DNA from: a virus
Taxonomy: Duplodnaviria > Caudoviricetes
Length of the DNA: 64,000 nt
Virus record (IMG/VR): IMGVR_UViG_3300033072_000473
Span: 23,212 to 87,211 of that record
Direction: 5' to 3' (one strand)
The notes below the pieces were generated by a model. It was not told the DNA's origin. It did not search any database and saw only the letters and a list, made by a program, of their open reading frames with translations. The translations under genes and the position numbers were made by a program. Position 1 is the first letter of the stretch, and each line of letters begins with the position of its first letter. Positions 1 through 9,508 of this stretch are shown one piece after another.

Positions 1-2
1 TA

Positions 3-2165
3 TACACTAAACCTGATTTAGACTTAGCAGGTTATGAAATTAGAGAATTATATTCCACAGGATTAGACCCGTATACTAAACTAAGTGGTAGTACTGTAGT
101 TTGGAAGGATAAAATAGAATTAGGGGCCTACTTAGGAACTGTTCTAACGGATGATCAGTATTACCAGAAACTAAATGATAAGTGGGATACTTTAGCTAAA
201 GCAGAGCAGGGGTTAATAAAAAATACCTCATATATTGATATATCTGCTTTAACCGGGTATAATACTTTTTTAGTAAAGGCAGTAGATACTAGCGGTAATT
301 ACTCTAAAATACCAGCACTTATAGGTATTGAGTTAAAGGGCCCTTCCTCAGTTACAGTCGGCGGTATTACAGTAAGAATAGATGGTGAAGACTTAGTTGT
401 AACTTGGCCTAGACCTTCTTCTGATACAAAAGTAGATAACTATGTGGTAGCTATTGATGGACAAACCTATACAGTTTATACTGAGGAATTTAGACGTAAA
501 GCCTGGTTTATTGGTACTGAAGTATTTGATGTTACACCTTATGATAAGGCCGGTAACTCTGCTGCCAAAGTATCTCTAAATATAACTATTGAGGATAACT
601 TAGCACCTCAAAACCTTAGCTATTCTATAGTTGACGACTTAGCTACTGTACAAGTTTTAAATGACTCTTTCAAGTTAACCTGGAATGAAACAGCACCTAG
701 TGGATTAAGTTTACCTATAGTAGAATACGAAATACGTATAGATGCAAACTTTGGACAAGCTATAGGACTAATAGCTAAAACAAGCTCTAAACAGTATGTT
801 TCAAAAGTTACTTGGGGCGGCTCAAAAACTTTATATGTAGGGGCTAAAAATTCCGCAGGGTTTTATACACCTTATAGTTCAAAGACTATTAGTATAGTAT
901 CTCCAAATGAACCCACTACCGTAACTAGTAAAGTTGTTGATAATAATGTTCTCTTATATTGGACTGCTCCTACTGCTGGAGGTAGCCTACCTATTGACGA
1001 ATACGTAATTAAAAAGGGTGCTACATTAGGTACTGCTATAGATGTAGGTACTAAGGCAGGTAACTTTACAACAGTATTTGAAACTGTTGGAGGAGACTAC
1101 GTATATTGGGTAGCTGCAAAAGATACTGCAGGTAATATAGGTACGTATAAAAGTACTGCTGCAACTGTTAATCAACCCCCAGACTACGTATTACAGTTTG
1201 ATTATACTAGTGATTATAGTACAGGTACGAAAACTAATGCAGTATTAGATTCAGATAATAATTTAATTCTACCTGTATATAGTACTGAAACATTTACAGG
1301 GCACTTCTCAGTAATTCGTATAACTACAGCTACAATTAATGCTGGGGGTACTGGGTATGCTGTAGGGGATACTGTATATATAAATACTGGTACATACACT
1401 TACAGAGCTGTATTAACTGTAACAGCAGTTTCAGCTGGTGTAGTTACTGGTATAAGTATTGAATACCCTGGTATATATAGTGTTGCTCCTACTGCTATAG
1501 GAAGTGCAACATTAAAAATAACAGGTAATGGTACTGGGTTAACTGTAAATACTACTACAGCTACTTGGACAACTCCACAAAATCAAATTGATGCAGGGTA
1601 CCCTATATATATTCAACCAGAACTACCTTCTGGTAGTTATATAGAGGTTAAAGATTATGGTACTACTTTAGTAGGTAATACAGTTACAATAACTACAGAT
1701 ATTGAGGAAGTAGTTACGGGAGCTATTATTACTTATAAAATAGAGTCTTCACCAGATAACTTAGTATGGACTTTAGTATCAGACGCTAAATCAGGTTTTG
1801 CCACTAATTTTAGATACTTACGTGTCACTGTAACAGTAACTAATGGCTTAATTAAATTAAAGTTATTAAATACAAAAATTGATAGTAAATTAAAAACACA
1901 ATCTGCAAGTAAGGTAGTTAATGCTGCGGATACTAATGGCACTATAATATACTTAACCAAAGATTATACATCTACAGGTACTAAAGTATTTAAAGATGTG
2001 CAATCAATTACTGTAACACCTAGTTTTGTAGTAGGTAGTCAACCGATAGCTATATATGATTTTACGGATATTGCCGATCCATTATATTTTAGTATTTATT
2101 TATATGATTCTTTAACAGGTAACAGACTAAGTGGTACCTGCAGTTATACCGTAAGAGGTGTTTAA
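3..2165 (+). CDS. Tail tip / central straight fibre protein (T5 pb4-like, FN3 repeats), 5'-truncated by the window
   Basis: Frame +3 is open from position 3 (YTKPDLDLAGYEIRE...) into ORF 444..2165; FN3-like repeats; C-terminus ...SGTCSYTVRGV resembles pb4/J-type ends. Confidence 0.75.
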   Translation, partial: YTKPDLDLAGYEIRELYSTGLDPYTKLSGSTVVWKDKIELGAYLGTVLTDDQYYQKLNDKWDTLAKAEQGLIKNTSYIDISALTGYNTFLVKAVDTSGNYSKIPALIGIELKGPSSVTVGGITVRIDGEDLVVTWPRPSSDTKVDNYVVAIDGQTYTVYTEEFRRKAWFIGTEVFDVTPYDKAGNSAAKVSLNITIEDNLAPQNLSYSIVDDLATVQVLNDSFKLTWNETAPSGLSLPIVEYEIRIDANFGQAIGLIAKTSSKQYVSKVTWGGSKTLYVGAKNSAGFYTPYSSKTISIVSPNEPTTVTSKVVDNNVLLYWTAPTAGGSLPIDEYVIKKGATLGTAIDVGTKAGNFTTVFETVGGDYVYWVAAKDTAGNIGTYKSTAATVNQPPDYVLQFDYTSDYSTGTKTNAVLDSDNNLILPVYSTETFTGHFSVIRITTATINAGGTGYAVGDTVYINTGTYTYRAVLTVTAVSAGVVTGISIEYPGIYSVAPTAIGSATLKITGNGTGLTVNTTTATWTTPQNQIDAGYPIYIQPELPSGSYIEVKDYGTTLVGNTVTITTDIEEVVTGAIITYKIESSPDNLVWTLVSDAKSGFATNFRYLRVTVTVTNGLIKLKLLNTKIDSKLKTQSASKVVNAADTNGTIIYLTKDYTSTGTKVFKDVQSITVTPSFVVGSQPIAIYDFTDIADPLYFSIYLYDSLTGNRLSGTCSYTVRGV

Positions 2166-3308
2166 ATGGCAACTTATGATTGGTCTTTACCAACAACAAC
2201 TACAAATTATAGTACGTTCGTAACAGAGTTACATAATAGGTTAAACGAGACTGCAAAAGGATTTCCTTCAGCAGATACCTATAGTAACCTAGTTACAGGT
2301 GCTATAAGTTTTAGAAGTAATAAATGGCAGATTTGGTCAGGTACTGCTTGGGGCGATCTAACTACTACCTATGCTATAGATATTAGTGGTAATGCTGCTA
2401 ATGTAACAGGCACAGTACTAGCTACTAAAGGTGGTACTGGATATTCTACATATACTGTAGGAGACTTACTAGTCGGTGGAGCTACTAATACATTAACAAA
2501 ACTTGCTGCGGTTGCTGTTAATAATGTATTAATTTCAGCTGGCGTAGGTACTGCACCGGCTTGGGGAAAAATAGACTTAAGTAATCATACTAATACTACT
2601 GCTCTACCCGTTACAAAAGGTGGCTTAGGAGTAACTTCAGGCATAACTGGGTTAATTATGGGTAATGGTACTGCGTACTCTGCAGCCATAGCAGGTACTG
2701 ATTATGCTGCAGCTTCACATACTCATAATTACTTAAGTACTTCTGGTGGTATTTTAACGGGTAACTTGAGTTTGGTAAATGGCACCACGGAAATGTCTAT
2801 TACCTTAGGGTCTAGTGGTGGATATTTTTATGGTAATGCTACAACTGTTGGGTTCTACAAAGCTTCCGGAGCTAGTTTTGCAATTACTATAGCATCAGGC
2901 AACTTATCTACTAATGGATCAATAACTGCAGGTAATGGTTTAACAGTATCTGCAAGTGGTATTACCGTAACTTCAGGTAATGTAACATTAAGTAGTGGTA
3001 ATTTATCCGTAACAGGTGATATAACAGCTACTGGAACAATCGCATCCACCTCAGATAGTAGACTAAAGTCTAGTATTAATACTCTAGAAAATGCACTTAA
3101 TAAGGTTAATAGTCTACGCGGTGTAAGCTACACGAAAGCAGGCAAGCCTGAAATCGGTGTAATTGCACAGGAAATTGAGCTAGTAATACCTGAAGTAGTT
3201 GAAGAAGTAGGCGAGTATAAAGCAGTGGCTTATGGTAACCTTGTAGCTCTTTTAATCGAAGCTATAAAAGAGCTAGATAGGAAAGTAGATGCCAGAGCCA
3301 GCAATTAA
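2166..3308 (+). CDS. Tail fibre with C-terminal intramolecular chaperone (peptidase S74)
   Basis: G/T-rich fibre repeats; SDSRLK...IGVIAQE...VAYGNLVALLIEAIKEL chaperone motif. Confidence 0.85.
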   Translation: MATYDWSLPTTTTNYSTFVTELHNRLNETAKGFPSADTYSNLVTGAISFRSNKWQIWSGTAWGDLTTTYAIDISGNAANVTGTVLATKGGTGYSTYTVGDLLVGGATNTLTKLAAVAVNNVLISAGVGTAPAWGKIDLSNHTNTTALPVTKGGLGVTSGITGLIMGNGTAYSAAIAGTDYAAASHTHNYLSTSGGILTGNLSLVNGTTEMSITLGSSGGYFYGNATTVGFYKASGASFAITIASGNLSTNGSITAGNGLTVSASGITVTSGNVTLSSGNLSVTGDITATGTIASTSDSRLKSSINTLENALNKVNSLRGVSYTKAGKPEIGVIAQEIELVIPEVVEEVGEYKAVAYGNLVALLIEAIKELDRKVDARASN

Positions 3309-3615
3309 CTCTACCGTAGAATGGTTGAAGTCTAACTTACCGTTCTTTTATGCAATAGCCCTCTCCTTATGGGGAGGGTTCGTGCAGTATGTAAATAAGG
3401 TTAGAATGGGCGAAACTTGGAAGTGGAACTCTATGCTATTAGATATGATTGTATGCTCTTTTACAGGAGTATTAGCCTTTTTTATGTGTCAATCAATAGG
3501 TGTAGATGGTTGGAGAGCTGCATTAATAATAGCAATTTCCGCCCATGAAGGTACTAGAACTATTGGCATATTTATAAATTGGAGAGATAAGCTTATTGGA
3601 GTTGAAAAATCATGA
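3289..3615 (+). CDS. Holin (LydA-like)
   Basis: 108 aa, three hydrophobic segments, upstream of the endolysin. Confidence 0.65.
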   Translation: MPEPAINSTVEWLKSNLPFFYAIALSLWGGFVQYVNKVRMGETWKWNSMLLDMIVCSFTGVLAFFMCQSIGVDGWRAALIIAISAHEGTRTIGIFINWRDKLIGVEKS

Positions 3616-4067
3616 TAGTAGAGTCTACAAAAGCAATTATAGCTAAACTACTAAATATTTTTATTGTATCAATTGGAGCAATCTTTCTTATATTAATTGG
3701 GCCTTCCATTGATGAAGCCTTTCCGGTAGTATATCCCTTTAATGTAGACTATGTACAACAACTGGATAATAAGGTAGAAATATATGGAACAGCGTTAAAG
3801 ATAAGAGACTGTAAGCCAATAGATGTACAAGTACTTGCCTACGATAATAATCATGTAGCCACCCTAGGCTCTATAGAGTATAAGGATACTCCTACAGGTA
3901 TTATACCTGCAAGACCTAAATCTGATAATACTCAGAATTGGGGGCCTTGGGTTTTAACAGTACCTATAAATACTACTAATATAGAATTAAGTGCTTTGCA
4001 TAAATGTCATATATTATGGGATACAAGAACTTATTTTACTAGCCTAAACTTAAAGGACTATGAATGA
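3612..4067 (+). CDS. Membrane-anchored hypothetical protein in lysis cassette
   Basis: One N-terminal TM segment; overlaps neighbours by ATGA. Confidence 0.5.
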   Translation: MIVESTKAIIAKLLNIFIVSIGAIFLILIGPSIDEAFPVVYPFNVDYVQQLDNKVEIYGTALKIRDCKPIDVQVLAYDNNHVATLGSIEYKDTPTGIIPARPKSDNTQNWGPWVLTVPINTTNIELSALHKCHILWDTRTYFTSLNLKDYE

Positions 4068-4561
4068 CAAATAAATGGATCGATGTAGTCTCCCAAGTCG
4101 CACCGTCTATCGCATCCGCGATAGGCGGGCCTCTTGCTGGAAATGCTGTAGGAGCTTTATTAAAAGTCTTTGGAGTAGAATCTGAAGCTCAACTAGATAA
4201 AGCTGTCGCTAATGCTAGCCCGGAGCAACTACTGTTATTAAAACAAGCTGATAATGAGTTTAAGCTTGCATATTTAAATGCTGAAGTAAAAGACAAATCA
4301 GATGCTAGAAATATGCAAAATAATGCTCTACAGCAAGATGATGTATTTGCAAAACGATTTGTTTACTACTTTGCTATTTTTTGGTCAGTAGTTGCTGCTG
4401 CATATATTGCATTTATTACTTTTGGTAATATACCACAAGCTAGTATTAGGTTCGCTGATACTATTTTAGGATTTTTATTAGGTACAATAGTAACAACTAT
4501 TATACAGTTCTTCTATGGAAGTTCATTCGGCTCTAGACTTAAAGATGAAAGAAAACTTTGA
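4064..4561 (+). CDS. Holin-like membrane protein (3TM/GTA-holin type)
   Basis: APSIASAIGGPLAG N-terminus, DARNMQ motif, C-terminal TM helices ending FFYGSS. Confidence 0.55.
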   Translation: MTNKWIDVVSQVAPSIASAIGGPLAGNAVGALLKVFGVESEAQLDKAVANASPEQLLLLKQADNEFKLAYLNAEVKDKSDARNMQNNALQQDDVFAKRFVYYFAIFWSVVAAAYIAFITFGNIPQASIRFADTILGFLLGTIVTTIIQFFYGSSFGSRLKDERKL

Positions 4562-5063
4562 AAAAGCATTTCAAGATGTTTTAAAATATGAAGGTGGATA
4601 TGTTAATGATCCAGACGATCCAGGTGGTATGACTAATATGGGCATTACTGCTCAAACATACGCGGAATTTACTGGACGTCGTTTATTAACTATTACTGAA
4701 AAGGAAATGCAGGAGTTAACAAAAACTCAAGTAAAACCTATTTATAAGCGTAAATATTGGGATGCGTGTAAATGTGACCAACTACCAGCAGGACTAGATT
4801 TGCTAGTCTTTGACTTTGCAGTAAATAGTGGCCCAGCTAGGGCTATTAAAGAGCTGCAGAAGTGTTTGAGGGTTGAGGCAGATGGTATACTAGGAGCTAT
4901 AACACTAAAACATATCGCTACCTTTCCACTAGACCAAATAATCAAAGAATATGCTGAGGCTAGACGAGACTTTTTACGAGACTTAAAGACCTTCCCTAAA
5001 TTTGGAAAAGGTTGGATTGCTAGAGTTGACAAAGTAGAAAATACCGCTACAAGCTTTGCATAA
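4545..5063 (+). CDS. Endolysin, glycoside hydrolase family 108 with PG-binding domain
   Basis: EGGYVNDPDDPGGMTNMGIT motif; likely start is ATG 4545 rather than 4515. Confidence 0.9.
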   Translation: MKENFEKAFQDVLKYEGGYVNDPDDPGGMTNMGITAQTYAEFTGRRLLTITEKEMQELTKTQVKPIYKRKYWDACKCDQLPAGLDLLVFDFAVNSGPARAIKELQKCLRVEADGILGAITLKHIATFPLDQIIKEYAEARRDFLRDLKTFPKFGKGWIARVDKVENTATSFA

Positions 5064-5066
5064 AAT

Positions 5067-5100
5067 AAAAGCCACTATACTTTCGTATAGTGGCTTTTTT
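5067..5100. terminator. Bidirectional rho-independent terminator between convergent late and early blocks
   Basis: AAAA-GCCACTATAC-TTTC-GTATAGTGGC-TTTTTT. Confidence 0.9.
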
Positions 5101-5101
5101 A

Positions 5102-5797
5102 TTATCTAACAACTTTCCAACCTTTACAGGATGTATACTGACCGCGAAGTACTTTTCCTAAGTAGCTAGGGTCTAGGTTATTTTCTCTGGCAAATTGCGC
5201 TATGGAAGTAACTTCTTTAACTATACCATCCTTCTCTATTTTAGGGTATACTATACCTTTGGCTTCCGCAGAGTTACTATACTTACGTCTATCTTTATTA
5301 ATAATTATACTTCTAAGTATAGGGTATTTTTCTGGATACTTTTCCTTTAACCATTGATGTGCATCTCCATTAGCAATATGTCTTACTAAGGATTCGTTAA
5401 CATTTATAAGTTTAGCAATACTAGTTATATTATTTTTTGGGTCTAATAATAAAAAGAATACCTGTTCCACTATCTCAGTAGAATACTTTGAAGCAGGGTT
5501 TTTATCTCCGCATTGAAAAATATCCGAGTACTTAGCAATATTAAAGCCATTTATTATTGAGTCAAATATACACATAGCTTCCATTTCGGCATCATTCAAC
5601 TCTTTTATACAGCACTCTAGTATAATTTTTAATATTGGATTACCGTATGTTGTATACGCACTCATTAACTTATAGTTAGCAGTACCATTTCTAAAAGATA
5701 GTAGGTGTTCTCTAAATCTTTTTTCTATGTTTACTGCTTGACCTACGTATACAGCGCTTGTACCAGTAAACTCTAATAAATAAATTCCTGTTGTCAT
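5102..5797 (-). CDS. Free-standing GIY-YIG homing endonuclease
   Basis: MTTGIY...VYVGQA...RFREH motif. Confidence 0.85.
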   Translation of the reverse strand: MTTGIYLLEFTGTSAVYVGQAVNIEKRFREHLLSFRNGTANYKLMSAYTTYGNPILKIILECCIKELNDAEMEAMCIFDSIINGFNIAKYSDIFQCGDKNPASKYSTEIVEQVFFLLLDPKNNITSIAKLINVNESLVRHIANGDAHQWLKEKYPEKYPILRSIIINKDRRKYSNSAEAKGIVYPKIEKDGIVKEVTSIAQFARENNLDPSYLGKVLRGQYTSCKGWKVVR

Positions 5798-5844
5798 TAT
5801 CCACTCCTTAAATAGATAATAACATAAGGAGTGGATAAAGTCAA
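5798..5844 (-). promoter_or_regulatory. Sigma70 promoter embedded in an RBS-sequestering hairpin
   Basis: TTGACT-17-TATTAT; 13-bp inverted repeat TATCCACTCCTTA/TAAGGAGTGGATA covering the SD. Confidence 0.8.
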
Positions 5845-5875
5845 ATTAATTTATGGATTTTATAAGGTGATAACT

Positions 5876-7777
5876 TTAAATTTCACAGAATCCAGCAACA
5901 CAGGCTAGAGTTTGCGCTCCCTCAGTTTCATCATCAATCTCTACAATAGAGTCCCAGTTTAGACTAGTAGGTACTAGTTCCGCTACTTTACTAAATTCAT
6001 CACTAGAACACTCTTCGTAAGGGGCTTGGCGATAAGATCCTCCGTCATGCGGTAGAAAAGATACTCCGCTCATCCAATCGAAGTTTTCCCATACAAAGTT
6101 ACCTACTGCAGGCCACTCATGCTCTTTAACATTAATAGTAACAGAGGGTTTATGCTCGCACCAATATTGTTGATAGATTAACCAGAGTTTTAAATGTTCA
6201 ATAGCAGTAATGTCATCTCTAGTAATGCCAAATTCAGGGGCTTTTTTAGCAAATGTAAATACCACTGTTTGATCTGGTTTCATTACACAAGGCTCATTAG
6301 GTACACCTTGCTCAATCATAAATTGAGTAAGTGGATCTTTTTTATCGGCTCTAACTCTACGTAAATAGTATTTAGAATGTCTAGCATGGATTCCACTTGC
6401 GGAATCGGTAAGCTGTGAAACAGTTCCACTAGGTTTTACGCAAGTAATTGCTGCAGCTTGAGGGATACCTAACTCATTGGCTAATTCTGCATTTGTACTA
6501 ATACATACTTCTTTAAGTGTTTGAAGAGTCTCAGCTAAAAATTCAGTTTTACCATTGGTAATCTTGTTATCAAAGATACCAGTCATACTAACACCTAATA
6601 GGCGTTCTTCTTCGGTATTCTTTCTCCAAATATCACGAAGGTAAGGAAAGTTAGTAAGAGTTGACTGAAAAGTGCCAAGAATAGTTGCTAAGCGAACTTT
6701 ATTGATTAAAGTATCGACTGTATCGTGTTCTCGTACAATAATCTCGCTAAGGTTACAAAACTGGTATGGGCGAAGTATTATTTCACTACACGGATTGGTG
6801 CCAAAGTCATGGGTTGAGTCTCTACGACCAATAGCCTCTACAACTCGCTTAGAGGCTTGGCGATTAAATATACCTCGTTCACCAGACTTAGAGTCGTATA
6901 AAGCTAACCACTCCCGCATAAAGCTACCAACATCAGGCTTTTCTGTATAGCAAACAGAGTTATTTGCTAAAGATCTATGTGGTGCAGTATCCCACCAAGC
7001 GCCAGATTTAGCGTGACGCATGCGATCGTCCGATAAATTAGATAAAGAAATCATGGCACTTCTACGAACGCCACCAACTACAACTACCTCCCCAATCTTA
7101 CACATAATATCATGGCACTCTAGAGAGTTTAGCTTACGATTTTGCGCTTGCTTGAATACTTGAATTACAAATTGAAATAGGTCTACTAGAGGTTCTGGGC
7201 CGCTTGCTCTACCGCCAAAAGTTTTAAGCCTAGCGCCTTTTTTTCGTACCTTACTAGTGTCCCATTTTGGTATTTGTCCTGAGAATAGTAAAGCGATTAA
7301 CTGTCTAAAAGCGGTAGCCCAGCCCTCTTTACTATCTTCTACTACAATAATAGTAGAAGAATACGTAAGTTTAGGTACTTCAGGTAGCTTATTAATATAT
7401 TGACGTTCAACAGAAAAACCTACTCCTGTACCGCATAGTAGTATATACATAGCTTCGTCAAAAGCTTTTTGATCGTCAATAGGTAAATAGGAGCAGTTAT
7501 ATCCTGCAGTATTATCTCTACGTAAAGCTTCTCCTGCAGTCATCATAGCGCGCATAGACGGCATAATATCTGCAGAATAAATAGCTTCAAATAGTTCGTT
7601 ACGTAGTTCTTGACTAATACTATAATCACATTCCTCTAATAGATGTTCTCCGATATAGTCTAAGTACCTATCAATAGTTTCAGGCCAGTTCTCCCTACGT
7701 TGTTTGCTGTCTAAATACCTAGCATATCTAGACTTATGAATAAACTGCTCATAAGGGGTCATTATAAAATTCTGCAT
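5876..7777 (-). CDS. nrdJ: Class II (B12-dependent, monomeric RTPR-type) ribonucleotide reductase
   Basis: MPSMR, GYNCSY, GGVRRSA, TNPCSEI, CVKPSGT and C-terminal ACVAGFCEI motifs; no NrdB in window. Confidence 0.9.
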   Translation of the reverse strand: MQNFIMTPYEQFIHKSRYARYLDSKQRRENWPETIDRYLDYIGEHLLEECDYSISQELRNELFEAIYSADIMPSMRAMMTAGEALRRDNTAGYNCSYLPIDDQKAFDEAMYILLCGTGVGFSVERQYINKLPEVPKLTYSSTIIVVEDSKEGWATAFRQLIALLFSGQIPKWDTSKVRKKGARLKTFGGRASGPEPLVDLFQFVIQVFKQAQNRKLNSLECHDIMCKIGEVVVVGGVRRSAMISLSNLSDDRMRHAKSGAWWDTAPHRSLANNSVCYTEKPDVGSFMREWLALYDSKSGERGIFNRQASKRVVEAIGRRDSTHDFGTNPCSEIILRPYQFCNLSEIIVREHDTVDTLINKVRLATILGTFQSTLTNFPYLRDIWRKNTEEERLLGVSMTGIFDNKITNGKTEFLAETLQTLKEVCISTNAELANELGIPQAAAITCVKPSGTVSQLTDSASGIHARHSKYYLRRVRADKKDPLTQFMIEQGVPNEPCVMKPDQTVVFTFAKKAPEFGITRDDITAIEHLKLWLIYQQYWCEHKPSVTINVKEHEWPAVGNFVWENFDWMSGVSFLPHDGGSYRQAPYEECSSDEFSKVAELVPTSLNWDSIVEIDDETEGAQTLACVAGFCEI

Positions 7778-8244
7778 TAAACACCTGTGCTTCCAAATCC
7801 TGCGCTTCCGCGGTTAGTTTCATTAAGTTCGTCTTTTGTACTAACATTATGCCATTTGATAGTAGGTACCTGCTTTAGTACAATCTGTGCAATACGATCC
7901 CCATGTTGAATATTAATTTCATGCTCACCAATATTATCTACAATAATACAGATTTCCCCACGATAGTTACTATCAATAGTACCCGGAGAATTTGCCACAC
8001 GCATTTTAGTTTTTAAACTAAGCCCACTGCGTGGGCGCACTTGTAGTTCATAGCCAAACGGTAAAGCTACATATAATCCTGTTTTGATTGTAGTAGTTTC
8101 ACCCGGATATAGAAGCTTAGTTTCCAAAGACTTAATATCTAATCCGGCATCCCCATTTTTAGCATATTCAGGGTTATCAAACCCTGAATCGTTGAAGATG
8201 TCAACCTCTACTTGGTGCTTATAATCGTATCCAACAGTTCTCAT
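7777..8244 (-). CDS. dut: dUTPase
   Basis: AGLDI, RSGL, GTIDSNYRGE, RIAQ, RGSAGFGSTG motifs. Confidence 0.95.
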   Translation of the reverse strand: MRTVGYDYKHQVEVDIFNDSGFDNPEYAKNGDAGLDIKSLETKLLYPGETTTIKTGLYVALPFGYELQVRPRSGLSLKTKMRVANSPGTIDSNYRGEICIIVDNIGEHEINIQHGDRIAQIVLKQVPTIKWHNVSTKDELNETNRGSAGFGSTGV

Positions 8245-9074
8245 AAAAATAAAGCGTCAATCTTAGCTGTATTAGCTTGGTTATCCCAATTAATAGCATC
8301 TTCACAATATGTTAAAATATCTACTAACTGCATATTAAGTTCTAGTAGTTGACCAGATTCGTTTAGTGCTTGAATATACTTTTGTTTACCTGCTAGTGGG
8401 ATACTATCCATAATATCGTATACAGAGCCGTACTTAGTAATAAGTTCTAGTCCACGTTTAGGGCCAATACCTTGTACGCCTTTAATATTATCTCCACTAT
8501 CTCCCATAATTGCTTTCAAGAAAACATAATCTTCTCGATTACAATCATGATGCTCTGACCAGTTATCTACTGTAGTTTCTTTACGAGTTACATAGGAGAA
8601 TCTATTTACTCCTGATTGTACTAAAAGATCCCAGTCTTTATCAGAGGAGGCAAGCCAAACCTGCTCAAGGTTAAACTTTTCTTTATTTCTAACTATATAA
8701 CCTGCAATGTCATCAGCTTCAACACCGGGAAATCTAACAAGGGTGAATTCTTGCTCTAGAATTAGTAAGCACTCTTCCCAAGCATTAAAGAAGCGTTCAA
8801 ACTTTTCACGTTCTTCTTCAGTTTGAGTTTCGTACTTTTCTTTACGATTTTGCTTATACTCAGGATAGATAGTTTTTCTATAGCTAGAAGAGCCTTGATC
8901 TGCTGCAATTATAATTTTTCCAGCTTTATAAGACTTAGCTAATGAGCGTACTACTTTAATATATTCGTTAGTAAATTCATCGAAGTCTCTCCAGCGAAAT
9001 GCCAAGTTAAGACCGTCAATTACCAGAAGTGTATTTTCGTTAGTTTGTGTGAGTTCTTGAAATGTTATTGCCAT
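8241..9074 (-). CDS. D15: Flap endonuclease / 5'-3' exonuclease (T5 D15-like)
   Basis: VIDGLNL, EADD, SSDKDW, GDSGDNIKGVQGIGPK motifs; synteny. Confidence 0.9.
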   Translation of the reverse strand: MAITFQELTQTNENTLLVIDGLNLAFRWRDFDEFTNEYIKVVRSLAKSYKAGKIIIAADQGSSSYRKTIYPEYKQNRKEKYETQTEEEREKFERFFNAWEECLLILEQEFTLVRFPGVEADDIAGYIVRNKEKFNLEQVWLASSDKDWDLLVQSGVNRFSYVTRKETTVDNWSEHHDCNREDYVFLKAIMGDSGDNIKGVQGIGPKRGLELITKYGSVYDIMDSIPLAGKQKYIQALNESGQLLELNMQLVDILTYCEDAINWDNQANTAKIDALFL

Positions 9075-9508
9075 AGTGGTTTACAAAGAGTTATCCAATC
9101 ATCTAATATCATAACATAAATATTATCTTTACTCAAGTATATAAATTTCTGAGGTGGTGGAGTGTCTTGTTGAAACGCCACAAATAACTTAGAGCGATTG
9201 AATTTAAATATTAATAAAGGTTGCCTACCTACTTCTTTAGACTCTCTAATTGTTTGAGCCCACCAAGTACTTATCTGTGGACTTACACTTGTAAGATACT
9301 TAGAGGTTAGATGGTCCTCTTCGTAGTTTTTAACTTCTACACAATATACATTTTTTGAGTCTGGGATGTATAGATCCCCTTTTAATTTATGTTTAGCGTC
9401 TAAAGCGCCCGAACCGGGAGTTCTCTCCCAGTTCAGTCCTGTTAGTTTTCTAAGTGCATCTCTAACAACAGTCTCGCCTCTAGCACCTTTTTGTCTAGCA
9501 TCAACCAA
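9065..9508 (-). CDS. D14: Holliday junction resolvase-like endonuclease (T5 D14-like)
   Basis: KGARGE...GDL...VEVK PD-(D/E)xK motif; synteny. Confidence 0.8.
   Translation of the reverse strand: MVDARQKGARGETVVRDALRKLTGLNWERTPGSGALDAKHKLKGDLYIPDSKNVYCVEVKNYEEDHLTSKYLTSVSPQISTWWAQTIRESKEVGRQPLLIFKFNRSKLFVAFQQDTPPPQKFIYLSKDNIYVMILDDWITLCKPLWQ

Noticed and set aside
5797-5840. DnaA-box-like TTATCCACT pair (origin)
   Set aside because: Fully explained by the SD-masking hairpin
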